Shown piece by piece: positions 1 to 9,825 of a stretch of 64,000 nucleotides of DNA; positions within the stretch are counted from its first letter, which is position 1; every line of letters starts with the position of its first letter. The stretch is from an uncultured Chloroflexia bacterium (GTDB lineage Bacteria > Chloroflexota > Anaerolineae > CG2-30-64-16): contig CAVZDU010000008.1 of NCBI GenBank assembly GCA_963774265.1, positions 290,074-354,073 of the forward strand, given 5' to 3'. A program made the position numbers and the translations under genes. Under the pieces are notes generated by a model. It searched no databases. It was not told the DNA's origin and saw only the letters and a list, made by a program, of their open reading frames with translations.

Positions 1-1071
1 AGCGCTGAACGGCGCCAACTCAATCTGGCGTAATTGATCGACCGACTTTTGAACGGTAGCGACCTCGTCTTCCGGGCCGCGATCCGAGCCACCTTGACCG
101 GGAAAATGCTTGGCCGCAGTGACCACTCCGCCCTGACCGCCGGTTTGCACGCCGCGGATGAACGCCTGTCCAACCTGGCCGACCCAGAATGGATCGCCGC
201 CGAACGTGCGGGTGTCCAGGTCCCCCTTGTTGCCTGGTCGCGGCACGTCGAGCACATCTAGCGTTGGGCCGAGGAGAAGATTGATACCCGCCTCTTCCAA
301 TTCCTGCCCCATGACTGCGCCGACTTGCTCGGCGAGTTGAGAGGACCAAGCGGCGCCGATGGCCATTGCACTGGGCAGGGGCGTGAAACCGCCACGACCA
401 GAGACAAAAGAACTGTCGTCGCCGACCCAATCCAACGCGATGAGTAAGGGCACGCCGACCGGCGTTGACGCGCCTTCTGCAACGGTGGGTGCAGGCCGCG
501 GAGAGGTTACGCCTTCCGCTGGGCGATTGTCAGCTTCAGGCGCGCCCACCGTTAGAACCGGCATAACCGTCGTGGTGACACTCTGTGTGGGTGTGATTGC
601 TGGCGTAGCGGTCAAATCCCGTGGCGCGCTAAGTGCGAGCGATTGAAGCGCATCCGTCAACACCGCGATTTGTGCCGGAGTGCTGGCTGTTGATTGGCTC
701 GCGGTTATCGTACTGGTGATCGCCACGGCAGGCGCCTGAACATTGCGATAGTTGTCGTTGCTGGGAAGAAGGACTACCCCGCCGACACGGAAATCACGCA
801 CGAGGGCTGCGATCTCGGACTCGGCGGATACATCGTTCCCTTGGAATGAAACCAGGAACAGTTGACCGACTTTGTCCGCCACTGTCATGCGATCGAGAAT
901 CGTCTTGGTGTCGAGGACCCTGGATGCAGCAGGGGGCGTAGGTGTGGGCTCAGTCGGTTGACCCTGCGCAGGGAGCGGCCGAAAAATCACATCGCGCGCC
1001 AGAGCGGTCTGCGGGAGAACCAGCGACCACAGCAAAACCAACAGCACGACATTCGAGGAAACTCTGCGCAT
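1..1071 (-). CDS. Glycoside hydrolase family 3 (NagZ-like beta-N-acetylhexosaminidase), secreted; 3' end runs off the window
   Basis: Not in the ORF track; translated by hand. Signal-like N-terminus MRRVSSNVVLLVLLWSLV, then ILDRMTVADKVGQLF, GFTPLPSAMAIGA, GINLLLGPTLDV, RTFGGDP, KHFPGQGG, QIELAPF. Confidence 0.85.
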   Translation of the reverse strand, partial: MRRVSSNVVLLVLLWSLVLPQTALARDVIFRPLPAQGQPTEPTPTPPAASRVLDTKTILDRMTVADKVGQLFLVSFQGNDVSAESEIAALVRDFRVGGVVLLPSNDNYRNVQAPAVAITSTITASQSTASTPAQIAVLTDALQSLALSAPRDLTATPAITPTQSVTTTVMPVLTVGAPEADNRPAEGVTSPRPAPTVAEGASTPVGVPLLIALDWVGDDSSFVSGRGGFTPLPSAMAIGAAWSSQLAEQVGAVMGQELEEAGINLLLGPTLDVLDVPRPGNKGDLDTRTFGGDPFWVGQVGQAFIRGVQTGGQGGVVTAAKHFPGQGGSDRGPEDEVATVQKSVDQLRQIELAPFSA

Positions 1072-1144
1072 AGGATCAGGCCGGCCTTGCCAGCCCGATT
1101 ATTGTAGCCCTACAGTGGCCGACCGTCAACCGAATGAATGGTCG

Positions 1145-2585
1145 GGTAGTGTATCCCGATCGGTTGAAATTCGTCTGAGGGTGGAAACCTGGTAAGGTCA
1201 GGTTACAACATCAATACCACGCCAGGAGACCACCCCGATGCGCAGCGTACTCCCGGAATGCCGGCAAGTCAACGGCCATGCTTTGATCGAAGGGGCCATT
1301 GCAGAGGCTCATCACCACCTGCTCAACCAAATCGGGCACGGAATCGGCGAGCGTTTGTACGCCGCGGCCGAATACGTCTTGGGCCGGGCGCCCTACGTGC
1401 GGCGGGGCCACGTGGCCAACAGTCTGGAACAGACCCGTGCGTGCCCCAAGTGCCACACCGTGCAGAGCCAGCGGTTCAGTCGCAACGGCAGCCGGCCGCG
1501 CCATTTGCTGACCCGCTGGGGCGAAGTGCCGCTGCGCTGGCCCCGCTTCGTCTGTGAGTGCGGCGGCAGCATCACCCTCGATCTGGATGATTGGCTAGCG
1601 CCCTACCAGCGCATTGGCAGCGATGTCGACGCTCAAATTCAACGCTGGGGCGCCCTGAGTATCAGCCTGCGCGAGATGCAGGGCGAACTGGCGCATAGCT
1701 ATATGGGCGTGTTGGGCCAACGCACCCTGCTCCAGCGCTTACACCAACTCCAGCAGCTCACCCCGGGCGCCGATGAGCGGCCCACGCCGCCGATCGTGCA
1801 GTTCGATGCCATCTGGTTCACGCAACTGTGTGCGACCGGGCAGTGGCGCACCGACCGCAAGGGCCGCAAGCGCGCCGTCAAGGGCCGCCGGAAGCGCTGC
1901 CTCCTGATTGCGTTAGGCGTCTGGCCGGAAACCGGCCGCCAGGAGATCCTGGCCTGGCGGCCGGCCGACAGCGAAGATGCCGAAAGCTGGCTCGCCTTTC
2001 TCAGTGAACTGGAAGCCCAAGGCTTGCGCGGCGAACTGGGCCTGGAATTGATCATTCATGATGGCGGCAGTGGTCTATGCGCCGCACTCACCACCATCCA
2101 CTTTGACGCCATCGAGCAACGCTGCCTCTTCCATAAGCTCCGCAACATCTGGCAAGCCATTCGCATCGCCGACGATTTGCCCGCAGCTGAACGGCGCCGC
2201 CAGCGCCGGGCGATCTACCGCGATTTCGTCGCCATCTTTCAGGCCAAACAGCGTGCCACCGTCTTGCGCCGCGCCCTCAAGGTGCTGCAGAAATATCGCA
2301 ACACCCAACCCGATGCTGTGGCCACGCTCCGGCGCAACTTCCGCGCCACCGTGGCTTACTTCCTCCTGCAAGAACGCCATCCCACCTGGCGCCGCAGCTT
2401 TCTCCGCACAACCAGCCGGCTCGAACGCTTCAATCGCTGCCTGCGCCGCCGCATTCGGAGCGCCAACGCCTACCATTCCGATGCTGGCGTCTTGGCCATG
2501 ATCGCACAGGAGGTGGATCGCAAGTTCATCCTACCTGCCATGCGCAAGTTCAACACACACTTCCAACCGAAAGCGATACACTAAC
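1145..2585 (+). mobile_element. IS256-family insertion sequence, 1441 bp
   Basis: Imperfect terminal inverted repeats: left GGTAGTGTATCCCGATCGGTTGAAA, right (reverse complement) GTTAGTGTATCGCTTTCGGTTGGAA. Flanked by the 8-bp direct repeat AATGGTCG at 1137-1144 and 2586-2593. Confidence 0.9.
1238..2584 (+). CDS. IS256/Mutator-family DDE transposase
   Basis: 448 aa. Motifs RNG-x-RPRHLLTRWGEVPL, QFDAIW, LIIHDGGSGL, QRCLFHKLRN, RTTSRLERFNRCLRRR. Stop codon lies inside the right terminal repeat. Confidence 0.9.
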   Translation: MRSVLPECRQVNGHALIEGAIAEAHHHLLNQIGHGIGERLYAAAEYVLGRAPYVRRGHVANSLEQTRACPKCHTVQSQRFSRNGSRPRHLLTRWGEVPLRWPRFVCECGGSITLDLDDWLAPYQRIGSDVDAQIQRWGALSISLREMQGELAHSYMGVLGQRTLLQRLHQLQQLTPGADERPTPPIVQFDAIWFTQLCATGQWRTDRKGRKRAVKGRRKRCLLIALGVWPETGRQEILAWRPADSEDAESWLAFLSELEAQGLRGELGLELIIHDGGSGLCAALTTIHFDAIEQRCLFHKLRNIWQAIRIADDLPAAERRRQRRAIYRDFVAIFQAKQRATVLRRALKVLQKYRNTQPDAVATLRRNFRATVAYFLLQERHPTWRRSFLRTTSRLERFNRCLRRRIRSANAYHSDAGVLAMIAQEVDRKFILPAMRKFNTHFQPKAIH

Positions 2586-2752
2586 AATGGTCGTTCGATG
2601 TATATAAGTCCGGATCGTGATTATGTCTATCAGTTCCAATTCAGGTCATTTGCCCGTCCCGCCGTCGAGCATTACAATGGGCGCACCTTTCCGCAAGGGG
2701 TGCATCACCGATCGGAGGAACCGATGACTCCTGACAGTTGTCCTGCTGGCCT

Positions 2753-3445
2753 ATGAACTGGGATCAACTTGAGGCGCGTGTCATGGCGTGTTACTTGTGT
2801 CCGCGTTTGGTCCAATGGCGGGAGGAAACGGCGCGCATTAAGCGCCGTTCCTATCGCGATGAAGAATACTGGGGCAAGCCGGTTCCCGGGTGGGGTGATC
2901 AAGATGCGCGCGTACTCGTCGTCGGTCTCGCGCCGGCCGCGCACGGCGGCAACCGCACCGGCCGCATCTTTACGGGCGACAGTTCCGGTGACTTTCTGTA
3001 CGCCGCGCTCTATCGCGCCGGCTTCGCCAACCAGCCCACCTCCCTCCGACGGAACGATGGACTGGCTTTGACCGACATCTACGTTGCAGCCGCCGCACGT
3101 TGTGCGCCCCCCGACAACAAACCGACGCCCGAGGAATTGGCAACCTGCCTGCCTTACCTGATGCAAGAGATCACCTTGCTCAAACAGCTACGGGTGATTG
3201 TTGCCCTGGGCCGGATAGGCTTCGAGGCAGTGCTCCGTGCGTTTGAGGGCCGGCCAGGCTGCCCCCGACGCTCGGTCCTCCTTCCGCAGTTCGCCCACGC
3301 CGCCGTGATTCCGCTCGGTGAAGGGCTGCCGGCAGTAGTCACCTCCTATCACCCCTCGCGTCAGAACACTCAAACCGGTCGCCTGACCGCCGAAATGTTC
3401 GATCTCGTGTGGCAGCGTACGAGAAACCTTCTCGATACGTTATAA
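2753..3445 (+). CDS. udgB: Uracil-DNA glycosylase family 5 (UdgB-type, Fe-S)
   Basis: CYLCPRL, GLAPAAHGGNRTGRIFTGDSSGDFL, RCAPPDNKP, YHPSRQNTQTGRLT. Start codon uncertain. Confidence 0.85.
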   Translation: MNWDQLEARVMACYLCPRLVQWREETARIKRRSYRDEEYWGKPVPGWGDQDARVLVVGLAPAAHGGNRTGRIFTGDSSGDFLYAALYRAGFANQPTSLRRNDGLALTDIYVAAAARCAPPDNKPTPEELATCLPYLMQEITLLKQLRVIVALGRIGFEAVLRAFEGRPGCPRRSVLLPQFAHAAVIPLGEGLPAVVTSYHPSRQNTQTGRLTAEMFDLVWQRTRNLLDTL

Positions 3446-3493
3446 TACCCAAGTCGTTCAAGCCACTCGCTGCTAACAAAAAGGAGTATAGCC

Positions 3494-4678
3494 GTGCGCC
3501 GACTGAGTGAAATTCAGACCGCCCTTGTCGATGAGGGATTGGATGGTTGGCTCTTGTATGACTTCAAGGGACTTAACCCGATCGCGTGGAGCGTGACCGC
3601 TCTGCCGGCGGATCGATTCCTGACACGCCGCTGGGCATGTTACATCCCAGCGCGCGGCAAGCCGCGCTGGCTGGTGCACGGGATCGAGGCAGGTGGCATG
3701 CAGGATGTGGCCCCAGACGCTGCTACTTATGTGTCTTGGGGTGCATGGACCGAGGGACTGCGGAAGATCACGGGAGACGCGCAGCGCGTGGCCATGGAGG
3801 TGTCCCCCGGCTGCGCCATCCCCTATATCAGCCGCGTGGACGCAGGCACGGTGGAGTTGGTGCGCAGCCTTGGGCTGGAGATCGTTACGTCGGCCGACCT
3901 GGTCCAGGTGGCAGAGGCAGTCTGGTCGCCGAGCCAGCTTGCAAGCCATCGCCGGGCGGCTCAGGCTTTGATAGAGACCCAAGCGGCCACCTTCGCAAAT
4001 GTGCGCCAACGCCTTGCTGTAGGGGAGCCGTTGACCGAATGCGGCATCCAGGATTTCATGCTGCGCCAGTTCGCGTCGCACGGATTGGAGACGGACCACC
4101 CGCCCATCGTCGGCGTGAATGCGCACGGAGCGGATCCGCATTTCGCCCCGCGTCGCGACGCTGATATGGCGCTTCACATGGGCGACTTCCTGTTGATCGA
4201 CCTCTGGGGCAAGGAAGCTGGACCAGAAGACATCATGGGGGACATCACCTGGGTGGCCTATGCAGGGCGCGACGTACCGCCGCGTGCTCAACAGGTCTTT
4301 GATGTGGTTCGAGCCGCACGCGATCGCGCCGTAACGTTTGCGCGGGAGCGCCTGCAAGCAGGCCAGACAGTGTATGGTTACGAGGTGGACGATGCGTGCC
4401 GGGCGGTGGTGGCTGACGCCGGCCTGGCAGATTACTTCATCCACCGCACAGGCCACAGCATTGGAACAATGGGCCATGGCAACGGCGTCAATATTGACAA
4501 TCTGGAAACGCAAGACCGCCGGCGGCTGATGCCTGGCGTCGGCTTCTCGGTCGAGCCGGGAGTCTATCTGCCGCACGAGGGTTTCGGCGTGCGGCTTGAA
4601 ATCGACTGTTATGTGACCGGGAACGATGTCGAAGTCACGACGCTGCCGCTGCAAAATGCCTGGGTGCTTTTGGCCTGA
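3494..4678 (+). CDS. M24-family metallopeptidase (Xaa-Pro aminopeptidase-like)
   Basis: Pita-bread metal ligands in LIDLWG, GDITW, FIHRTGHSIG, FSVEPGVY, GVRLE. AAGGAG RBS upstream. Confidence 0.85.
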   Translation: MRRLSEIQTALVDEGLDGWLLYDFKGLNPIAWSVTALPADRFLTRRWACYIPARGKPRWLVHGIEAGGMQDVAPDAATYVSWGAWTEGLRKITGDAQRVAMEVSPGCAIPYISRVDAGTVELVRSLGLEIVTSADLVQVAEAVWSPSQLASHRRAAQALIETQAATFANVRQRLAVGEPLTECGIQDFMLRQFASHGLETDHPPIVGVNAHGADPHFAPRRDADMALHMGDFLLIDLWGKEAGPEDIMGDITWVAYAGRDVPPRAQQVFDVVRAARDRAVTFARERLQAGQTVYGYEVDDACRAVVADAGLADYFIHRTGHSIGTMGHGNGVNIDNLETQDRRRLMPGVGFSVEPGVYLPHEGFGVRLEIDCYVTGNDVEVTTLPLQNAWVLLA

Positions 4679-4751
4679 AGGATGCGCCCCTACTGCGACC
4701 CGGCGAGCGACCTGCTATAGTCCCGATCGAGGAGAGACGACAACATTGAAG

Positions 4752-5384
4752 ATGAGCAAGATCACCTTTGTCCTGGCCGCGATGGCAGTCCTGGCTCTGG
4801 TCGTCGCCGGATGCACCCGCTCAGACTCTCGCCGGCAGTCAGGGGAATGGACGCCCGCGCCTATGACAGGAAGCCTGGCAATCGGCACGCGCGCGCCTGA
4901 TGTGCTGCCAACCCTGCCCCCACCGACGCGTGTGGTGGTGCAAGTTCCCACGGCGCTTCCGACGCGCCTGGCCCCGGCTGCGGCATCGAGAGTCGCGCCC
5001 ACTGCGACATCCACGCGCGATCCCCATCTGGTGATCGTCACCGAAGAGGACGTGCTTCGCGCCGTCACCTCCGGCGCCACCGCGGAGAGTGGCGCTACGC
5101 TGGAAAACGTGGAAGTTCAATTCACCGCCGATGGCAAGATGATTCTGACCGCGGGCCGGGTTGGCTATGGCTTTATCAGCGCGGACAACGTTGTCCTGGT
5201 TGGACGTCTGATCGCCGTCGATGGCAAGCTACAACTGGAAACAGAATCAATCAGCCCGCGTGGCCTCGTGACATCATTCATCCCAACCGTGGCGAACGAG
5301 GCGCTTCAGCGATACACTTCACGCTGGTATGTTGACAACGTGCAAACAATGGAGGGCCGGATCGAGATGCGCGTGCGGAGCTAG
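4752..5384 (+). CDS. Putative lipoprotein with Pro/Thr-rich linker
   Basis: Lipobox MSKITFVLAAMAVLALVVAG-C, a PT-rich linker, and a globular C-terminal domain. Confidence 0.65.
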   Translation: MSKITFVLAAMAVLALVVAGCTRSDSRRQSGEWTPAPMTGSLAIGTRAPDVLPTLPPPTRVVVQVPTALPTRLAPAAASRVAPTATSTRDPHLVIVTEEDVLRAVTSGATAESGATLENVEVQFTADGKMILTAGRVGYGFISADNVVLVGRLIAVDGKLQLETESISPRGLVTSFIPTVANEALQRYTSRWYVDNVQTMEGRIEMRVRS

Positions 5385-5437
5385 CTGAGCTGACGCGCAT
5401 CCTAAGCTTTGCCTGCCAGTAGATAGGGATTTGAACA

Positions 5438-6265
5438 TTGAAAGAAAAACTGGAACTCCTGCGCGACCTGCTGGCCGGGTTGGAACGTGTCGCGGTCGCA
5501 TATTCAGGCGGTGTTGATAGCACATTGGTGTTGAAGGTCGCACACGATGTCTTGGGAGCTAATGTCCTGGCCGTGACGGCCGTTTCTGCCAGCATGCCGC
5601 ATTACGAGCGTAGCGCGGCGGAGGAGGTCGCGCGTGAGATTGGTGTGCGGGTGCGCTGGGTGCAGACGCACGAGGACAACGACGAGCGATATATCGCCAA
5701 CCCGCCCAACCGCTGTTATTTCTGTAAGACCAATGTATACGACGAGTTGCTCGACGTTGCCGCCCAAGAAGGCTTTGAGGTATTCCTGGACGGCACCAAC
5801 GCAGACGATGTGGGCGACTTTCGACCAGGCCGCCAGGCTGCGCTCGAGCATGGTGTGCGCAGCCCGCTACAAGAGGTAGGCTTCACCAAGGACGACATCC
5901 GCCGGGCCGCCCGCGAACTTGGCCTGCCTAATTGGAACCTGCCTTCTGCGCCATGCCTGTCATCGCGTGTGCCGTATGGCACCCGCATCACGCCCGAGAT
6001 GCTGGATCAGATCGGCCGGGGCGAATGGGCACTGCGCGAACGAGGATTCCGCGAGGTGCGCGTTCGCCATCACGGCAACGTTGCGCGGCTGGAAGTGCCC
6101 ATCGCCGATTTCGAGCGCCTCATGACGATGCGAGAGGAAATCGTTGCAGAGTTGAAGAACGCGGGCTACACCTTTGTTGCACTCGATTTGTCCGGATTGA
6201 AGTCCGGCAGCCTGAACCAGGGGATCACACATGGACGCGGAGAAGCTTCGACGCCTGCTGGCTGA
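5438..6265 (+). CDS. larE: Nickel-pincer cofactor sulfur transferase LarE
   Basis: PP-loop SGGVDST, RCYFCK, DGTNADD, RPGRQA, PCLSSRVPYG. Adjacent to larB and larC. Confidence 0.92.
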   Translation: MKEKLELLRDLLAGLERVAVAYSGGVDSTLVLKVAHDVLGANVLAVTAVSASMPHYERSAAEEVAREIGVRVRWVQTHEDNDERYIANPPNRCYFCKTNVYDELLDVAAQEGFEVFLDGTNADDVGDFRPGRQAALEHGVRSPLQEVGFTKDDIRRAARELGLPNWNLPSAPCLSSRVPYGTRITPEMLDQIGRGEWALRERGFREVRVRHHGNVARLEVPIADFERLMTMREEIVAELKNAGYTFVALDLSGLKSGSLNQGITHGRGEASTPAG

Positions 6266-7007
6266 AGTGCAGGAGGGCGAGTTGTCGGTCGACGACGCGC
6301 TCGGCCGGCTGCGGCGCTTGCCCTTTGAAGACCTGGGATTCGCCCAACTGGACTTGCACCGCGCGCTTCGTCAGGGATTGCCAGAGGTCGTTTTCTGCCA
6401 GGGCAAGACCAACGAGCAGGCAACCGTCATTTTCGAGCGGCTGGGGACCGTTCATGACCGCGTCTTCGGAACGCGTGCCACGCCCGAGATGGCCACCTTC
6501 ATCCAGACCCGGTTGCCTGAAGCCCGCTATGAACCTCTCTCGCGGTTGGTGACGCTGGTGCATGGCGAATTGACGCCACCGCCCGCCGACGGGCCCTATG
6601 CGCTGATCGCCTGTGCAGGCACGGCAGACTTGCCAGTGGCCGAAGAGGCCGCACAGACCTTGAGCTTTTTCGGCGGCCGGGTCGTGCGGGTATTTGACGT
6701 CGGTGTAGCCGGCATACACCGCTTGCTCAATCGAAGCGCGGAAGTGACCAATGCAACCGTGATCATCAGCGTGGCCGGTATGGAAGGCGCACTAACCAGT
6801 GTCATCGGCGGCCTTGCCGCGTGCCCTGTGATCGGTGTGCCGACCAGCGTCGGGTATGGCGCAAGCTTCGGCGGCTTGGCTGCGCTGCTGGCCATGCTCA
6901 ATTCTTGTGCGGCAGGCGTTTCAGTAGTTAACATCGATAATGGCTTCGGCGCGGCGGTGGTGGCACATCGCATTCTCGCCCTCGCGAGTCAACAGAAACA
7001 AATGTGA
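6231..7007 (+). CDS. larB: Nickel-pincer cofactor carboxylase/hydrolase LarB
   Basis: DLHRALRQGLPEVVFCQGK, DVGVAGIHRL, AGMEGAL, PTSVGYG, LNSCAAGVSVVNIDNGFGAA. Confidence 0.95.
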   Translation: MDAEKLRRLLAEVQEGELSVDDALGRLRRLPFEDLGFAQLDLHRALRQGLPEVVFCQGKTNEQATVIFERLGTVHDRVFGTRATPEMATFIQTRLPEARYEPLSRLVTLVHGELTPPPADGPYALIACAGTADLPVAEEAAQTLSFFGGRVVRVFDVGVAGIHRLLNRSAEVTNATVIISVAGMEGALTSVIGGLAACPVIGVPTSVGYGASFGGLAALLAMLNSCAAGVSVVNIDNGFGAAVVAHRILALASQQKQM

Positions 7008-8164
7008 AAACTCTCTACTTTGACTGTGTTGCGGGCGCCAGCGGCGATATGATCCTCGCGGCCTTCCTTGCCGCGGGATTGGATGAACAAGCACTCCGTT
7101 CAAGACTGGCAGGCCTGCGGCTGCCTGGCTTCGACCTGCGCGTCGAACAGGTCCAGAAATCGGGCATCGGCGCCACGCACGTTGATGTCCTGGTGGACGA
7201 CGAAGCACCGGAGCGGCATCTAGGTGACCTGGTGGCGGTGGTCGAGGCGGCTGACCTTCCGGGGCAGGTCATCGAGAAGTCGGTAGCGGTCTTGCGGCGC
7301 ATCGGCCAGGTCGAGGCCGGCATTCACGCCGCACCGGATGCGGAGCACGTCCACCTGCACGAGTTGGGCGGGCTGGACACATTGGTCGATGTGGTAGGCG
7401 CAGTGAGCGGCATCGACCTCCTCGGCATCGATCGAGTCGTATGCTCACCCATCCCGTTGGGCCGCGGGTTCATCCGTAGCGCGCATGGACGCATCCCTGT
7501 GCCTGCACCTGCGACAGTGGCCCTGCTGCAAGGCGCCGCCGTGGTGGGCAGCCAGATCGAAGGTGAGACCGTAACGCCGACAGGCGCAGCACTGCTCACC
7601 TCCCTCGCATCCGTATACGGCCCCATCCCGGCTATGACCCTCCGCGCCGTCGGGTATGGCGCCGGAAGCAAAGACTGGGCCATTCCCAACGTCCTGCGCG
7701 TGCTGATCGGTGACGGCCCTGCGCCTATGGGGGAGCTTCAGGTAGAGACGTTGGCGGTGTTGGAGACCAATATCGACGACCTGAACCCGGAGACGTATGA
7801 TTTTATCATGGCACGGCTCTTTGCGGCGGGCGCGCTGGATGTTTTCCTGACGCCAGTGCAGATGAAGAAGAACCGGCCCGCCACCTTGATCAGCGTCCTG
7901 TGTCGACCGGCCGCGGTTGATGTTCTGTCGGAGATCCTCTTTTCCGAGACCAGCACCCTGGGCATCCGCCGGCAGGATGTGATGCGCACGAGCTTGCCGC
8001 GCGAAATCCGATCTGTCGATACTCCCTTTGGCCCTATTCGCGTGAAAGTCGCACACTGGTCTGGGGGCTTCAAGTCCGCGCCCGAATACGAGGATTGCCG
8101 TCTCGCGGCGGAGGCGCATGGTGTGCCCTTGCGTGAGGTGTATGCAGCAGCTATCGCTTCGTAA
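7004..8164 (+). CDS. larC: Nickel insertase LarC
   Basis: GASGDM, HLHELGGLDTLVD, HGRIPVPAPAT, TPTGAA, LETNIDD, MKKNRP, PEYEDC. Confidence 0.95.
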   Translation: MKTLYFDCVAGASGDMILAAFLAAGLDEQALRSRLAGLRLPGFDLRVEQVQKSGIGATHVDVLVDDEAPERHLGDLVAVVEAADLPGQVIEKSVAVLRRIGQVEAGIHAAPDAEHVHLHELGGLDTLVDVVGAVSGIDLLGIDRVVCSPIPLGRGFIRSAHGRIPVPAPATVALLQGAAVVGSQIEGETVTPTGAALLTSLASVYGPIPAMTLRAVGYGAGSKDWAIPNVLRVLIGDGPAPMGELQVETLAVLETNIDDLNPETYDFIMARLFAAGALDVFLTPVQMKKNRPATLISVLCRPAAVDVLSEILFSETSTLGIRRQDVMRTSLPREIRSVDTPFGPIRVKVAHWSGGFKSAPEYEDCRLAAEAHGVPLREVYAAAIAS

Positions 8165-8354
8165 GGACCCCACGCGCCTCCTCTCCACTGCCCCCAGGTG
8201 GCGCCCGTGTACCGCGGCTCAACCTAAAGAGCACTGATCGGACTCTCCAGCCCAATGCGTGCATGCGTGCCTCGCAGTTTGCGCTGTAGTGTACAAGTGG
8301 CTACAATATTGCTTGGGCGACGTTCCGGTCGATGATGAAAAGGAGCAAACCGAC

Positions 8355-8948
8355 ATGTCTTTTGAGTTACCACCCTTGCCGTATGCCGACACGGCTTTAG
8401 AACCCTACTATTCGGCCAAGACCTTCAGTTTCCACCACGGCAAGCACCACAAGGCTTACGTCGACAATCTAAACAAATTGCTCTTCGGCAGCCCCTTCGA
8501 GCACAGCTCGCTTGAAGAGATCATCCGAGCAACTGCCGGCGACCCGGGCAAAGCGGGCTTTTTCAATAACGCAGCCCAGGTGTGGAACCATACTTTCTTC
8601 TGGAACTGCATGAAACCGGGCGGCGGGGGTCGGCCGGAAGGCAAGCTTGCGGAGCGCATCAACGCCGCCTTTGGCGGTTACGAGAAATTCGCGGAGCAGT
8701 TCAAGACCACCGCCGTCGGTCGATTTGGTAGCGGCTGGGGCTGGCTGGTTCTGGACGGCGGCGAGCTGAAGATCATGAGCACGCCCAACGCCGAAACCCC
8801 ACTGGCGTCAGGCAAAGTAGCGCTGCTCACGGTGGACGTGTGGGAACACGCCTACTACCTCGACTACCAGAATCGCCGGCCGGATTTCGTGCAAGCGTTC
8901 CTGGATCACCTGGTGAACTGGGACTTTGTGGCACAGCAACTCCCGTGA
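8355..8948 (+). CDS. sodB: Superoxide dismutase, Fe type
   Basis: [24 protein letters not shown] (AAQ is typical of Fe-SOD), [24 protein letters not shown] before ATG 8355. Confidence 0.92.
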   Translation: MSFELPPLPYADTALEPYYSAKTFSFHHGKHHKAYVDNLNKLLFGSPFEHSSLEEIIRATAGDPGKAGFFNNAAQVWNHTFFWNCMKPGGGGRPEGKLAERINAAFGGYEKFAEQFKTTAVGRFGSGWGWLVLDGGELKIMSTPNAETPLASGKVALLTVDVWEHAYYLDYQNRRPDFVQAFLDHLVNWDFVAQQLP

Positions 8949-8975
8949 GGCACTGGCCGCCAGAATGAGTCATAA

Positions 8976-9007
8976 CGAACCAGATTTCTCTCCAGAAATC
9001 TGGTTCG
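8976..9007 (+). terminator. Perfect 14-bp hairpin after sodB
   Basis: CGAACCAGATTTCT-ctcc-AGAAATCTGGTTCG. Confidence 0.6.
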
Positions 9008-9044
9008 CTGATTTATCCCGCAAATTATGTAGTATACTTGAGAC

Positions 9045-9773
9045 GTGCCTGATCCTTCTCATGCTTTCCGAACCGAAGGCAATCTACAACGCATCTTGGT
9101 CGTAGATGACGATCCGGCCATCCGGCGCTTGCTGAAAGACAAGCTGGAGGGCGCAGGGTATGAAGTCTGGACTGCCGCGTCCGGCAATCAGGCGCTGGAG
9201 ACTATTGAGCGTCGGGGAATGCCGCACCTGGCTGTCGTCGACATCAACATGCCGGGCATGAACGGCCTGCGTTTCTGCGAAACCGTCCAACAATTCAGCG
9301 ATCTGCCCGTGATCATGCTGAGCGCTGTCGACGAGGAAGAGACCATCGTCGGCAGCATCAGCCGCTACGCAGAGGACTACGTCACCAAGCCATTTAGCCC
9401 CCGCGAGTTGGTCGCGCGTTTGGAGCGGGTGTTGCGGCGCGTCGGCGATTACAGCTACACTTGGGACGTCGTGACTCGGATCGATGCTCACCTTGCGGTC
9501 GATATCCCACACCAGCATGCCCTGGTGGATGATCAGACTGTTGCGCTGACGCCGACCGAGACCAAATTGCTATATCTGTTGATGCGCAATGCTGGACGCA
9601 CCGTATCCACCGATTTTCTCCTTCGGCGGCTTTGGCCGATGGAGGAAGTCTTCGAGGACACGCTTCGCGTCCACATTCATCGGTTGCGCCACAAGATCGA
9701 ACCGACACCGTCCCGCCCGCGTTACATCCTGACGGAGCGCGGCCTGGGGTACAGTTTCCCGGCCCACTCTTAG
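9045..9773 (+). CDS. OmpR-family response regulator
   Basis: REC domain (ILVVDDD, DINMPGMNG, KPF) plus winged helix (LTPTE, LRVHIHRLRHKIE, RGLGY). Confidence 0.93.
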   Translation: MPDPSHAFRTEGNLQRILVVDDDPAIRRLLKDKLEGAGYEVWTAASGNQALETIERRGMPHLAVVDINMPGMNGLRFCETVQQFSDLPVIMLSAVDEEETIVGSISRYAEDYVTKPFSPRELVARLERVLRRVGDYSYTWDVVTRIDAHLAVDIPHQHALVDDQTVALTPTETKLLYLLMRNAGRTVSTDFLLRRLWPMEEVFEDTLRVHIHRLRHKIEPTPSRPRYILTERGLGYSFPAHS

Positions 9774-9825
9774 TTCACGCGTCATCTTTGACTTAATCTT
9801 TCTCATCTACAGTAAAGGAGGTCTC

